A stretch of DNA of 59,284 nucleotides, from IMG/VR virus record IMGVR_UViG_3300042291_002144, one strand, 5' to 3'. This DNA comes from an uncultured virus (IMG/VR IMGVR_UViG_3300042291_002144). Lineage: Duplodnaviria; Heunggongvirae; Uroviricota; Caudoviricetes. The notes beneath the pieces are model-generated. The model made no database searches. It was not told the origin of the DNA and saw only the letters and a program-made list of their open reading frames with translations. Position numbers and translations under genes: made by a program. This document shows, one piece after another, positions 1-12,600 of this stretch (position 1 is the stretch's first letter; each line of letters opens with the position of its first letter).

Positions 1-1
1 A

Positions 2-418
2 AGCGGTGATGAAGTAACTGAAAAATTTATAGAAAATACTATTTCACCAAAATATATAAAGCATGATATTTCTGATCTACTTCCATTAACTCCAGATAAA
101 ATTAAAGAGTTATTTAATAATAACTTTGTTGATATCTCAATAGAATCAGATCTATCTAAAAAGTTTCCATTTTCTCAATTTACTGACTTTGTTAAAGGCT
201 TTGGCCACCGACGTCTTGAATTATCTTCTTATTCAAGAGAATTAATTAAAAATCAAAGTGAAGTAGAACAAAATAGTGATTATTCATATAATATTTTTTC
301 AATATTAGATGAACATATCCAAAAATTAAATTTACCAATTTCTGAGTCATCTCCATTAATTAATAAATTTAAAGAAGTTTACGATTCACTAAAAAATACA
401 AAACACTACGATCAATGA
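2..418 (+). CDS. gp47: C-terminal part of recombination endonuclease subunit (T4 gp47/SbcD/Mre11-like), 5' truncated by window edge
   Basis: Open frame 2 from the window start (SGDEVTEKFIENTISPKY...KHYDQ*); its TGA overlaps the ATG of the gp46-like gene (ATGA). Position and the FIEN..P motif fit a gp47 C-terminus. Confidence 0.7.
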   Translation, partial: SGDEVTEKFIENTISPKYIKHDISDLLPLTPDKIKELFNNNFVDISIESDLSKKFPFSQFTDFVKGFGHRRLELSSYSRELIKNQSEVEQNSDYSYNIFSILDEHIQKLNLPISESSPLINKFKEVYDSLKNTKHYDQ

Positions 419-2082
419 GATTATCTGAATTTTCATATAAAAATATCTTATCATACGGAAATAAGATCCAAACTTTTAAATTTGATGATAAACCTGGACT
501 AATCCTCGTGGAAGGCGAAAATGGAAGTGGCAAATCATCAATCAAAGAAGCTTTAACTGTTGCTATATATGGAAGATCAGCTATTCGTAAAATGAAAGAT
601 ATTCCAAATTGGATAAATCGTAATGCTCATACTAATGTTAAATTTATAACTACTTCTGGTGAATCAATTGAATTAACTCGTGGAATTGATCCAAATTTTA
701 ATGATATTAAAATAAATGGAGCAACATTTAATCTACCAGATAAACGAAAAGTAGATGAATTTATTGAAGATGAATTAGCAAAAATACCATTTTCAGTATT
801 TTGTAATACTATTAGTCTTTCATTTGATGATTTTAAATCCTTTGTTAACTTAAATAAGGAAGACAAACGAAAAATTGTCGATCGAATATTTGGAATTGAT
901 ATCTTAGCTGATATGCGAAATCAGGCTAAAAAAGAAGCTTTAGAAAATAAAAAAGTCCTTGATATTCTTGAATCAAATATTACTCTTAATGAGATAAATC
1001 TTGAAAATTATACTTCTCAATTAACTTTATTAAAGGATAAGTTAGTAAAAAAGAAAAACGACCTAATTGATCAACTCAGTGACAAAATAAAAACTGCTGA
1101 ATCTGATCTTGACTTGGCTAAATCTAATTATCAAACTATTAAAACTAGCCTAGAAGATCTTAATAAAACTAAAACAGCTGTTTCAGACGACCTAAGTAAA
1201 ATGAAATCATCAATTCGTGATTTTAATAATAAACTTGAACTTTATAATAAAAATAGATGCCCTCAGTGTTTAAATGACCTGCATTCAGATTCATCAATTG
1301 AGATAAAAGAAAAGATTGAAGAAAAATTAAAAAAACTCAATAGAGATCTTCCTAACTTACAAAAAGAAGTTGAAGAGTTAAGTGATAAATCTACTACTTT
1401 ACTTTTAGATAAAGGTACCGCTGAATCAGAATATTATAGAATAAAAGCAGATTTACAAAGCTTAAAGTCCTCATTAGAGGCTTCTCAGGAAACAGATAAT
1501 TCTGATGAATTAACTTCAATTAAAACTATAATTGATGATCTTAGAGATAAACTAAAAGCTGATCAACTTACTCAGTCTTCTCTGCTTAATACTAAAAATC
1601 TATACTTAAATTTAGATGATCTTCTTTCAGATAATGGAATTAAAAAATCAATGATAGATAAAATAATTCCTACCTTAAATTCAAGAATTTTAGAAATATC
1701 TGAGAAATTAGAGTTTAAATTCCCTTTTGAATTTGATAATGATTTTAATCCAATAATTAACTATTTAGGAATGCAAATTTCACCAGATAGTCTATCTACA
1801 GGTCAACGCAAAAAAATGAACTTAATTGTTCTTCTTGCATTTATTGAAATAATTAAAATGAAACATAGTCAAATGAACGTAATGTTCCTAGATGAGATCT
1901 TTAGTTCATTAGATAAAACAAATGTATATCGAGCAATTACAATACTTAAAGAGTATGCTGATAAATATGGAATGACCATCTTTGTAGTATCCCATGAATC
2001 TTTACCAGAAGAGTTATTTAATTATCGAATTTGTGTTACTCAACAAGACCATTTTTCAGAAATGGAAATAATTAAGATTTAA
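415..2082 (+). CDS. gp46: Recombination ATPase subunit (T4 gp46/SbcC/Rad50-like)
   Basis: Walker A GENGSGKS, long coiled coil with zinc hook CPQC, signature LSTGQ, Walker B MFLDEIFSSLD, VVSH switch. Confidence 0.95.
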   Translation: MRLSEFSYKNILSYGNKIQTFKFDDKPGLILVEGENGSGKSSIKEALTVAIYGRSAIRKMKDIPNWINRNAHTNVKFITTSGESIELTRGIDPNFNDIKINGATFNLPDKRKVDEFIEDELAKIPFSVFCNTISLSFDDFKSFVNLNKEDKRKIVDRIFGIDILADMRNQAKKEALENKKVLDILESNITLNEINLENYTSQLTLLKDKLVKKKNDLIDQLSDKIKTAESDLDLAKSNYQTIKTSLEDLNKTKTAVSDDLSKMKSSIRDFNNKLELYNKNRCPQCLNDLHSDSSIEIKEKIEEKLKKLNRDLPNLQKEVEELSDKSTTLLLDKGTAESEYYRIKADLQSLKSSLEASQETDNSDELTSIKTIIDDLRDKLKADQLTQSSLLNTKNLYLNLDDLLSDNGIKKSMIDKIIPTLNSRILEISEKLEFKFPFEFDNDFNPIINYLGMQISPDSLSTGQRKKMNLIVLLAFIEIIKMKHSQMNVMFLDEIFSSLDKTNVYRAITILKEYADKYGMTIFVVSHESLPEELFNYRICVTQQDHFSEMEIIKI

Positions 2083-2464
2083 CTAATATTTTATCAAAAA
2101 ATATTGTAAACACTATTCCATATAATACTCTAGCGATTGCTGCAGCTAAAATAAAATTCATTGGTCCTACTGCAATAAGCGGCAATCCTATAAAAATTAA
2201 AGTATTTTTAAAAAATTTAAAAAGGTGCCATGCATCAGTTGTAAATACAAATAGTGTCGATGATCCGCTAAACTTTTCTTCTCGTGCACTTGAATCTTTC
2301 CATTTATTAACCCATGAAAGATTAGGATTCCAAAAAGTCTGTTTATATTTTTCATTACTAAAAATTGATTTATCATAATGAAATTGTAATTTATCCATAA
2401 CTGCTTCAGATACTCCTGAAGCCGCTACACATAATAATCCGATAATTAATAATACATATTCCAT
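2072..2464 (-). CDS. Hypothetical membrane protein
   Basis: 130-aa ORF with N- and C-terminal hydrophobic segments; stop/start coupled to the upstream ORF. Confidence 0.75.
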   Translation of the reverse strand: MEYVLLIIGLLCVAASGVSEAVMDKLQFHYDKSIFSNEKYKQTFWNPNLSWVNKWKDSSAREEKFSGSSTLFVFTTDAWHLFKFFKNTLIFIGLPLIAVGPMNFILAAAIARVLYGIVFTIFFDKILVKS

Positions 2465-2712
2465 TACTTTATTCCAAATAAATTTTTAAAGTTTTTAACG
2501 AATGGCATATCTTCACCATTATGGTCAAGTTTATATTCCTCGTTCTTAGTTATAATCGTCCAAATAATATTTCCAAAAAATGCTCCATTTGCAGCTATTC
2601 CAGAACCTATTATTCCATACCATTCCACTCCATCATTATACCATGATCCAACTAGTGTCCAATACATAATAAAAAAGAAAGTTGTTACTATCCAATAAAC
2701 AATATTTACCAT
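2464..2712 (-). CDS. Small two-TM membrane protein (holin-like topology possible)
   Basis: 82 aa, two hydrophobic helices and a charged C-terminal tail; preceded by a late-type promoter motif at 2724-2738. Confidence 0.7.
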   Translation of the reverse strand: MVNIVYWIVTTFFFIMYWTLVGSWYNDGVEWYGIIGSGIAANGAFFGNIIWTIITKNEEYKLDHNGEDMPFVKNFKNLFGIK

Positions 2713-2723
2713 TATAATATAGT

Positions 2724-2738
2724 TTTTTATTATTTATC
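2724..2738 (-). promoter_or_regulatory. Putative late promoter GATAAATAATAAAAA
   Basis: Copy of a motif recurring upstream of many genes; contains the ATAAATA core of the T4 late promoter TATAAATA. Confidence 0.65.
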
Positions 2739-5700
2739 CTTCTACTTGAATAAAACCAATTCCTCCAAACTCTGATCGGTAATCTATAAAGTCCATCTTA
2801 TTGCCTTCAAGCTCAGACCATAATTGATCTACTCGACAATTAGCATTTCTATGAAATTCAGTATCTTTAGTATCGTGAAAACCAATCCATCCTCCAGGTT
2901 TTACTAAGTGTCTATACATTTCATAATCTTGTTTTACTCCATCATATGTATGATCACCATCAATAAATAGAAAATCTAATAACTCTCCAGATAAAACTGA
3001 TTCTACTTCTTCTAACATTGTATAATCATGCGAAGATCCACATAGCATTGTTACATTTGAGCCAAGCGATTTAAGATATTCATCTCTTTCATATTCATCA
3101 TAATCTGCTCTTCCAAATTGACCATGAGGCATGTCTACTGATATTCTGATTCCATCATTAGATAGTTTACTCCAAATTGCAAAAGATCCTCCCTGATCAG
3201 TACCTATTTCCATAAAATTAGTCACATCTAAACTCTTAAAGAATTCAGCTGCTTCTAATATTTCTTTATGATTTTGCACCATTCCTAAATCGTATGATTC
3301 TTGAACAATTACCTCTACTGATTTTTCAGAATGACCAATCGCCTCATATCTTTCAATTTCTTTAATTACATCATATGCTATAATATTTCTAGTACATTCA
3401 AATTGGCGATGAGTTCCTTTTTGATCAGGACACCAGTTCCAATCACCAGCATCTAATCTATGTCTATTGAAACATCCAGTACATCCTCCACCTTTAAATA
3501 TTCTAATTACATTATCATCAAATATTTCAGTAGATGGTAAACTAAATCCTGAAATTAATACAGTAGGTGTTCCAACTGCCCAAGATAACCAACTTAATCC
3601 TGAACCTACTCCTACAAACATCTCACTATGTTTTAAATGAAGAATAACATTTGCTAAAGTGGAAGGTCCCTGTTTCATCGCTGCTCCATTAGGATAATAG
3701 TTTTGCATATATCCATCTTCTTCAAGCCCAATAATAATTACTTTTAATCCACGATCTATAAAATAATTAGTTAATTCTTGCCAACCATTTGGATTATTCC
3801 AATATTTTGCTTGTGCTGTTGCATGCATAGCAATACAAACGTATTTTCCATCAACTGGTGAATCTCCAAGAGGAATAGTTAATTTAGGTTTAATGGTAGT
3901 GTGAGTTATTCCCAATATATCACATGCAGTAGATTGAAGTGGCAGTTTTTTAAAATCATTTTGATGATATTCAGTATTTACTGAATTATCTGCATTATAA
4001 AACCAACCTATTTTATACTGTGCATATAAGTCATGAACGATTTCACCTGGAGAAACAAATTTTAATTCAGGATAATTTTCAATAAATAATTCATTTTTAA
4101 AAGTACTTATAATAACTTCACAATTATGTTTCTTTTTAAATTCAGCAACTTGTGGAAACCACGCAAGAGAATCTCCTAGTGCACTTGATTCAAGGGAAAT
4201 TAGAACTCTTTTTCCAGCAAGATTAATATCTTCTTCATAAACTTCCTTAGTATCTAAATTAGTTATTTTAACTTTCCAATCTACGAAATATTTAATATTA
4301 CTTCTAACCCAACAGTTAATATTAATTGTATTAGAATAAAGAATTTCATTACTTTTATTATCAATTAATTCTATTAGGAATTGACTATCACTTTGTCCAG
4401 TAATCTCAACAAATGCACCATTAATAAAATTAATATGATAGTTAATTGTTACTGGTCTAGGCTCTAATAATAAGTCTTTAATATAATTTGGGTTTGATAT
4501 CATACATGTTGCTTTTTTAGTTAAATTATTATATTCTTTTTTTATCTTTAAATTTGGAAAATCTACTGAAAATCCTTCATCTAAAAGATAGTTAGGTATC
4601 TTATACGCAACTATTTCACGAGGAGCAAGTTGATATTCAGTTAATTTATTTTGATATTTAATAAGAGTAAAAATAGATTCTGATTCTGCTCCAACTAAAC
4701 ACAAATAGTTTTCTCCATTTTGGTTTTGTGCAAGGTATACAAAACCATCTCCGCCAGATTTAGTTGTTAATTGAGGATAAGTTAAAAGAATAACACCATT
4801 TAGAGTATTTAATTTCTTTATTGATTCAATATTATTAATTTGAATATCTAATCCATATCCATCACATGCAGCATAGAGAACATCTTCTAATATTACTTTA
4901 CCATTATATGCAAAATAACTTTCCTTTGTTGTAAATGGTGCAAGAACTGAACTTAACATGCTAATGTTTGCTGAAAAGAATGCTGAATTAATCGAATCTT
5001 CACCATTCCATGAATATGCAATCATATCATAATCAGTTAAGTTAGTATGATGCACTTCTAATAATTTAGGGTCATCAATAATATAGTCATAATTTATAAA
5101 GTGAGCAGTTGAACAAGTATTTGATTTTGCAATACCTAATCCGTTTTTAATAAGCTTCAATGCTGCAAACCCATGATTAAACTCATATGAATAAGATAAA
5201 TCAAAATCTGGGTATCTAATATAGTGGATTGGTACAGTATTTGATAACTTATGATATTCGTCTGGGTAAACTACTGGATTGTCTCTATCAAATATTACAT
5301 AATCTGCAATTTTATAAAATTCTGTTGGTACTTCAATATGTGATGATATAATTACAAGTAAACCCTGATTTTTTAAACTATTTACAGATCTTCTTAAAAG
5401 AGATAATTTTTCAGGAGTATCTGCATGCGACATTATAATTGCGGCTTCATCTTTTCTAGTAACTTCAAGTGTAATTGGGCACACCTTTTTTAATTGTTCA
5501 AATCCTTCTAAACCAACCTTTGCCCAATTAAATTCTTGAAAAATTAAGTCAGCTTCTTCTCTAGCTAATTTCTTTTTATCTCCCCAATTTTCAAAGCAAT
5601 CAATCATTACCTCTTTAAGATTATCAAAGTCAGGCTCAGAGTATAACCCTGGAGTATATCTAGCAAAACCTAAGTTTGCTCCAATATTTGCAAGTCGTTC

Positions 5701-6639
5701 ATCTACTATTTTTACAGGATTTCCTTTTCCTTCTGCAAATTCTAATTGTGCTCCCCAATTAGAATAGATTACAGGTGTTCCGGCAACCATTGCTTCAATT
5801 AATGGAATATTCCAGCCTTCACTTCTTGCACAAGTTATTAAAACATGGCCATTTTTTAAATAGTCATCGTATTCTTCTCTACTTAAAAAATGTTTAATTT
5901 TAATTCGATCATCGAGTAATCCATAGTGATCTAGCCTCTCTTCAGTTGAATTTAATCCATCTATCGAATAAGGATTATCTGCACTTAGTATTAAACAAAC
6001 TTCATCATTATTTGGAAATGCTTCTAAGAATGCTTTAACTATTTCAGGTACAGATTTACGATAATCCCATCTTCCAAAAAACATAAATTCAAAGCTATCT
6101 CTAGCTTTTTTATTTTCTGGTTTAAAATATAATACTTCATCCACTCCTTCATGGACTATAAATATTCTATGCTCTGGATATCCTTGTTTAATTGCAACTT
6201 CTCTATGCCATTTAGTAACCACCCATAAATAATCAAATTTTAATAATTGATTAAAAAATTCTTCAGGCAATTCTGTGCTTTCCCAAACAGTATATGCAAT
6301 TTTAACTTTTGCTGAATAATCTTCATAGAAATAATAATGGTTCATATCCATTAATACGATATCTATATCTTGTTTAAATTCATCAGTATTTGACTTCGTC
6401 CATGGGTAACCAGGCAAGCCGTGTGTAATATCATAGTCTGACTCGTTATCTTCACTATTTAATGTAATAGTATCAATTATTCTATAATCTATTTCATTTA
6501 AATAGTCTAGGTCATTATCCCAAGTATAGTTTCTTACTCTAAGATCTACGTGATTTGACAGTTCTCTAAAAAAAGATCGTGCATGTGCTGCATATCCAGT
6601 TTTTCCTAAGTAACATGTATGTGCTCTTACTTTCAACAT
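2734..6639 (-). CDS. Multidomain glycosylation enzyme: GT4-family GT + unknown domain + TibC/Aah-like protein O-heptosyltransferase + class I SAM methyltransferase (Methyltransf_24-like)
   Basis: N-terminal TGYA..R, YTVWES, FFGRWDYRK, RSEGWNIPLIEAM (GT4). LESSALGDSLAWFP..EFKKKHNC, FVGVGSGLSWLSWAVGTPTVLISGFS and iron-finger CTGCFN...WCP..FEC (TibC/Aah). C-terminal MEIGTDQGGS, DFLFIDGDHTYDGVKQD, LVKPGGWIGFHD (methyltransferase). Confidence 0.88.
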   Translation of the reverse strand: MLKVRAHTCYLGKTGYAAHARSFFRELSNHVDLRVRNYTWDNDLDYLNEIDYRIIDTITLNSEDNESDYDITHGLPGYPWTKSNTDEFKQDIDIVLMDMNHYYFYEDYSAKVKIAYTVWESTELPEEFFNQLLKFDYLWVVTKWHREVAIKQGYPEHRIFIVHEGVDEVLYFKPENKKARDSFEFMFFGRWDYRKSVPEIVKAFLEAFPNNDEVCLILSADNPYSIDGLNSTEERLDHYGLLDDRIKIKHFLSREEYDDYLKNGHVLITCARSEGWNIPLIEAMVAGTPVIYSNWGAQLEFAEGKGNPVKIVDERLANIGANLGFARYTPGLYSEPDFDNLKEVMIDCFENWGDKKKLAREEADLIFQEFNWAKVGLEGFEQLKKVCPITLEVTRKDEAAIIMSHADTPEKLSLLRRSVNSLKNQGLLVIISSHIEVPTEFYKIADYVIFDRDNPVVYPDEYHKLSNTVPIHYIRYPDFDLSYSYEFNHGFAALKLIKNGLGIAKSNTCSTAHFINYDYIIDDPKLLEVHHTNLTDYDMIAYSWNGEDSINSAFFSANISMLSSVLAPFTTKESYFAYNGKVILEDVLYAACDGYGLDIQINNIESIKKLNTLNGVILLTYPQLTTKSGGDGFVYLAQNQNGENYLCLVGAESESIFTLIKYQNKLTEYQLAPREIVAYKIPNYLLDEGFSVDFPNLKIKKEYNNLTKKATCMISNPNYIKDLLLEPRPVTINYHINFINGAFVEITGQSDSQFLIELIDNKSNEILYSNTININCWVRSNIKYFVDWKVKITNLDTKEVYEEDINLAGKRVLISLESSALGDSLAWFPQVAEFKKKHNCEVIISTFKNELFIENYPELKFVSPGEIVHDLYAQYKIGWFYNADNSVNTEYHQNDFKKLPLQSTACDILGITHTTIKPKLTIPLGDSPVDGKYVCIAMHATAQAKYWNNPNGWQELTNYFIDRGLKVIIIGLEEDGYMQNYYPNGAAMKQGPSTLANVILHLKHSEMFVGVGSGLSWLSWAVGTPTVLISGFSLPSTEIFDDNVIRIFKGGGCTGCFNRHRLDAGDWNWCPDQKGTHRQFECTRNIIAYDVIKEIERYEAIGHSEKSVEVIVQESYDLGMVQNHKEILEAAEFFKSLDVTNFMEIGTDQGGSFAIWSKLSNDGIRISVDMPHGQFGRADYDEYERDEYLKSLGSNVTMLCGSSHDYTMLEEVESVLSGELLDFLFIDGDHTYDGVKQDYEMYRHLVKPGGWIGFHDTKDTEFHRNANCRVDQLWSELEGNKMDFIDYRSEFGGIGFIQVEG

Positions 6640-6656
6640 AAAAATTCTTTTATATA

Positions 6657-6683
6657 ATTATATTAATATAAAATAAAAAGTTT
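6657..6683 (-). promoter_or_regulatory. Putative early/middle promoter AAAC-N17-TATAAT
   Basis: gAAAC tttttattttatattaa TATAAT just upstream of the glycosyltransferase ATG; the same spacing occurs at several other sites. Confidence 0.65.
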
Positions 6684-6697
6684 CACATTACGTGTGA

Positions 6698-9600
6698 TTA
6701 CAAACTGTTCTTAAGATCGTCTAGTGATTCAGCAGTTTTAATCTTATCAATTAAGTACTTAAGTGCTCCAAACATAGTCTTGTATACTTGATCAACGTTT
6801 AAAGTATGGAAATCTTCAAAGCCATGTTCTTCAGAAAAAGATACAGCTTTTGGAAATAACTCTTTAACCTCTTGTGCAATAAAACCTATTGCATTTCTAT
6901 CATCTACTTCAGGATAAAATGTTTCATCCCATGTAAATCTTTTTAGTGATAATCCACTAACGATATCAAAACATGTCTTAAGATTAGCATCTTGAATATT
7001 AGTTTTTACTCTTGCATCTGAGCCTGTTGTCCAAGTAGTAGTTGTTAATTTTCTAGCACCATCTGTTGATAAATCCAACTGAACAGTCGGTCCTAATAAA
7101 CCTAGTCCTAATCTACTATTTGTTCCATCAAAATATGCAATAGCCGTTCCAGCCTTACCGTTATATATACCAGTATTTCTAAATTGAGTATATAGTCCAT
7201 TATATCCTCTATAATTAATATAAAGCTGATCTGTCCCATTAACTTTATTTGCCCATATTTCATTATCTATACCTATTCCAATCCCTCCAATTAGATTTGT
7301 TAAACTAGTGTCTGCTGTTGACGCTTGAATTGTACCTCGAGCAACAATATTTCCACTAGTTGGTGCAATAGTAAATAAGTTTTGACTTGCGCTTGCCCCA
7401 ATTATTCCCTTAAAGTTAAATCCACGAACTGTACTACTAGCATCAAAATTTATACCATCATCGTTTACACCAAGATCTAATGTATATGCACTAGTATTTG
7501 TACCTGTGGCTAGTCTAATAGTTTGAGTACCGTCTACTATATGTACTTTTGCGGTAGGCGCATTTATACCGATCCCGATATCTCTATTAACGTTATCAAT
7601 TACTAAATTCTCAAACCAGGTCGTTCCAGTATATCCCCATATCGCAAATTTTCCAACTCCTTGTTGTAGTGTAGAATATGATGACGGCGCTGCTCCTTGT
7701 AAATATAAGAACGGTCCGCCTTGGATAGTATTACTTGGGGTACCTATTATTCTTACACCAGTTCCATCGTAAGTAAAATTAGCTTCACCATTTATTGTAT
7801 TAGCTGTCCCAGTTGCAGTTATGACATACGTATCCACATTATTATTAATTGTTACACCTGCACCACTTGAACCAGAAGTACCTGAACTACCACTTGTACC
7901 ACTTGATCCTGATGTTCCTCGAGTACCGCTTGTTCCAGATGATCCGCTTGTTCCAGATGATCCGCTTGTTCCAGAAGAACCGTTTATATTATTATCACCA
8001 GTAATTGCTATATACCATGTATTAAAGGTACCTGATCCAACTACATAATCTACATTTACATTAATATTTGCTGACTGTGGATCAGTAATAACAGTAGTTA
8101 TTTGACCTTCCATGTAAGTTGTACTACTATTCCATATTCTAACTCTAGTCCCTTGTTGCCATCCTAAATTATTAATAGGCGTACCTATAGTTAATGTTTT
8201 TGATCCAGTCGTTAAACTTAAACTTAAAGCCGTATATGACAATGCCATTGCTGCTTTATATCCACTTGAACCAGAAGATCCGCTTGTACCTGAACTTCCA
8301 CTTACTCCAGAAGAACCACTAGTTCCACTAGATCCGCTAGTACCTGAGCTTCCAGATGTACCTGAAGAACCCCTAGTTCCGCTTGTACCTGAACTTCCAC
8401 TTACTCCAGAAGAACCACTTGTACCTGAGCTACCGGATACTCCAGAAGAACCGCTTGTTCCGCTAGATCCAGATGTACCTGAAGATCCATTAATACCACT
8501 AGTACCTGAACTTCCACTAGTACCGCTTGAACCAGATGTACCTGAAGAACCCCTAGTTCCGCTTGTACCTGAACTTCCACTTACTCCAGAAGAACCACTT
8601 GTACCTGAGCTACCTGATATCCCTGAAGATCCGCTAGTTCCTGATGATCCATTAATACCGCTTGTCCCAGATGTCCCGGAAGAACCGGATACTCCTGAAG
8701 TTCCAGAAGATCCATTAGTACCTGAGCTACCTGATGTACCACGTGTACCTGAAGATCCACTAGTACCTGAACTTCCGCTTGTACCTGAAGATCCAGATAT
8801 TCCCGAGGATCCGCTAGTACCTGATGTCCCTGAGCTACCACTAGTACCTGAAGATCCAGATACTCCAGATGATCCACTTGTACCACTCGAACCGCTTGAT
8901 CCTGATGTACCAGAAGATCCACTAGACCCAGAAGATCCTGAAGTACCACTTGATCCAGAAGTACCACTTGATCCAGAAGATCCTGAAGTACCACTTGATC
9001 CTGAGCTACCTGATATTCCAGAAGTTCCACTTGATCCTGAACTACCACTAGTTCCTGATGATCCAGAAGTTCCTCGTGTCCCAGAAGATCCGCTAGTACC
9101 TGAAGATCCATTTACTCCTGAAGTACCGCTAGTTCCTGATGATCCAGACGTTCCACTTGAACCGGAAGATCCACTTGAACCAGAACTACCGCTTGAACCG
9201 GAAGTACCCGAAGAACCAGATATCCCTGATGATCCGCTTGTGCCTGATGAGCCATTAGTTCCCGATGTACCCGAAGAACCACGAGTACCACTTGTACCTG
9301 AACTTCCTGATGTACCAGATGATCCATTAATGCCGCTTGTTCCAGATGTTCCTGAGCTACCGGATATCCCTGAAGATCCACTTGTACCAGATGATCCATT
9401 AATACCACTTGTACCAGACGATCCGGATGTACCTGAAGAACCAGATATCCCCGAAGATCCGCTAGTTCCTGATGATCCATTTACTCCACTAGTACCCGAA
9501 GAACCACGAGTACCACTTGTACCTGAACTTCCTGATGTACCAGATGATCCATTAGTTCCAGAAGATCCTGAAGACCCACTTGTGCCTGAACTACCGGATG

Positions 9601-12600
9601 ATCCACTTGAACCACTGGTGCCAGATGTACCCGAAGATCCACTTACTCCAGAAGAACCGCTTGTTCCGCTAGATCCATTAATACCGCTAGTTCCTGAGGA
9701 TCCACTAGTACCTGATGTCCCACTTGATCCAGAGCTTCCGCTTGTCCCAGAAGAGCCAGATGAACCACTCGAACCAGAAGATCCTGAGTTACCGCTTGAA
9801 CCAGAAGTACCTGAAGAACCAGACGTGCCTCTCGATCCAGAAGATCCACTAGTGCCGCTTGATCCTGAGCTACCAGATACTCCAGAAGATCCACTTGTAC
9901 CTGATGATCCATTAGTACCTGATGTCCCACTTGATCCAGAGCTTCCGCTTGTACCTGATGATCCATTAATACCGCTAGTACCTGAAGATCCTGAAGTACC
10001 GCTTACTCCAGATGTACCGCTTGTACCTGATGATCCATTAATACCACTTGTTCCATTAGATCCAGAGGTACCTGACGTACCTGCTGACCCACTAGTACCT
10101 GAACTACCAGATATCCCTGAAGATCCAGATGTACCGCTTGATCCACGCGTACCTGAACTTCCACTAGTTCCAGAAGATCCACTAGTTCCAGAAGATCCAC
10201 TAGTTCCACTTGTCCCTGAACTACCACTAGTTCCACTTGAACCGGAAGATCCACTAGTTCCAGAAGATCCGCTTGATCCTGATGTACCACTTGATCCTGA
10301 TGTACCGCTTGAACCGGAAGTACCCGAAGAACCAGAGGTACCTGATGATCCATTAATGCCACTAATGCCGCTAGATCCAGATGAACCGCTTGTCCCTGAA
10401 CTACCACTTGTTCCAGAAGAACCAGAAGTACCGGACGATCCATTTACTCCACTAGTACCTGAGCTACCTGATACTCCAGAAGAACCACTTGTTCCGCTAG
10501 ATCCGCTTGTACCTGAAGATCCATTTACTCCACTTGTACCTGAACTTCCTGATGTACCTGATGATCCATTAATACCACTAGTACCTGAACTACCAGATAT
10601 CCCTGAAGATCCAGATGTACCACTTGATCCGCTTGTACCTGAACTTCCACTTGTCCCTGAAGAACCGCTTGTTCCAGAAGAACCATTTATTCCACTAGTA
10701 CCACTAGTACCAGATGACCCACTTGATCCTGAGCTACCTGCTCCTCCTAAATCAGATAATAATTGGGTCGCCGTTCTATATTTAACTACTCCTAAATCAC
10801 TGACTAAAAATTTATCAGTATTCGTCGTAGCATTCGCAATAGTAGAAATTTTAACGTCTCCGTTTACTTCTAATTTAGTAGACGGAGTTAACGTCCCGAT
10901 ACCTACATTACCAGAGGCCAATATAAACATTCGAGTAGATGTCCCCGTTACAAATGACAAATCATTAGTATTACCAACTGCTCCTATTATCGCTCTATTT
11001 GTATCCCATGATAAATAACCATTAGCACTAGTCGGGTCTGCATTTAGACCCCAATACTGTATACCATCTGATGTAAAATTAAATCTTTGTGTACCTGCGC
11101 TACTAAACCTTACAATAGAAGTTGCAGATGTATCTCCAACACTATTTACAACAAGTGATGCAGTAGGAGTTAACGTACCGATACCTACATCACCATTTGA
11201 AAATACAGTTGCTCCACTAGTAGTTATTGACATTCTTGTCTGTCCAGCAACTCTATCATATATTTCATAAGGTAAACCTAAAGCAATACCCGTACCAACT
11301 TCCCATCTATTAACACCAGCAGACCAATAAGCTATTGATGAATTCGCAGTAGTTGCTGCTGATTCTAATCTTATGATAGCAGTTTGTGTACTTGAAGGAT
11401 TAGATTTAACATGTAATACAGTAGCTGGTGTAAGAGTACCCATACCAACATTACCATTTGTATCAATTATAAATGGGCTTGCATCAACATTTGTATCATC
11501 TTCAACTATCATTGAAGCATTTGCAGTTGTATTATTAATGTGAAATTTTGCAGTAGGCGCTGCAATACCTAGACCAGCGTTTGCTGCAGCCGTGATAGTA
11601 AGTCCACTTATTGAACTTCCTGTGGAGTTTGAATTAACTATTAAGTTATTATGGCCGATGTTTGATGTACCTCCAGCAGCCCATTGAATATATATTGTAG
11701 CTGGTGCACCAATTAAATTACCATTTGAAAAATACGTATTTATTTCATTACTGTTTTGAAAAAGAGTATAATTTGTAGTATCATTATGATTAAATCTAAC
11801 AGTTCCATTTACATCTAAATTTGCTCCTGGAGTTGCTGTACCAATTCCAAACCCAGTTGTTGTTTTACGAGCAAATTCAGAGTTACCTCTATAGAATACA
11901 ACATCGTGGTTACTTAAAGACCCAAATGATGAACCTTGACCATCTGATGCTAAATAGGTTCTTACGCCAGCACCAGATTCTATATTTATTTTTGTGGAAT
12001 TAGAACTAATTAAATTTATATTTCCATTAATATTTAATTTTTCAGATATACTCACTGCACCAATACCAACATTGCCATTTGCATCAATTACAAATGGTGA
12101 TGAGTCTGGATTAGTATCATCTTCTACTAAAAATGAATTACCAGTACCTACGTTGTTTATATGTAGTTTAGCAGATGGTGTAGTTATGCCAATGCCGACA
12201 TTGCCACTTGTATTTATTCTCATTGCTTCAGAACTTCCAATGAAGAAATTCATATCTACTGTAGTATAAAGTGTTGTTAATACATCACTCGCACCACCTA
12301 TTATTGAAGCTGAATCACCAAATGCATATAAAGTAGTTGAACTAGCGTTTTTAGTACCATAATATGCTGATCCTAGTGATGTACCTTTCAATCTAACTAG
12401 TGTACTTGCTACGTTTGATAGATTTTTAATATCGAGTACAAATCCTTCATTTGCTAATTGCCCTCCTATTCCAACATTACCTGAAGTAGGATCAATATAA
12501 ATTGATGAAGTAGATGACAATGATGAATTTGTTTGCCATTTAACTACATAATTTTGTGTTCCAGTTGATGCAAACGATGTACCGCTAGTACCCGAAGATC

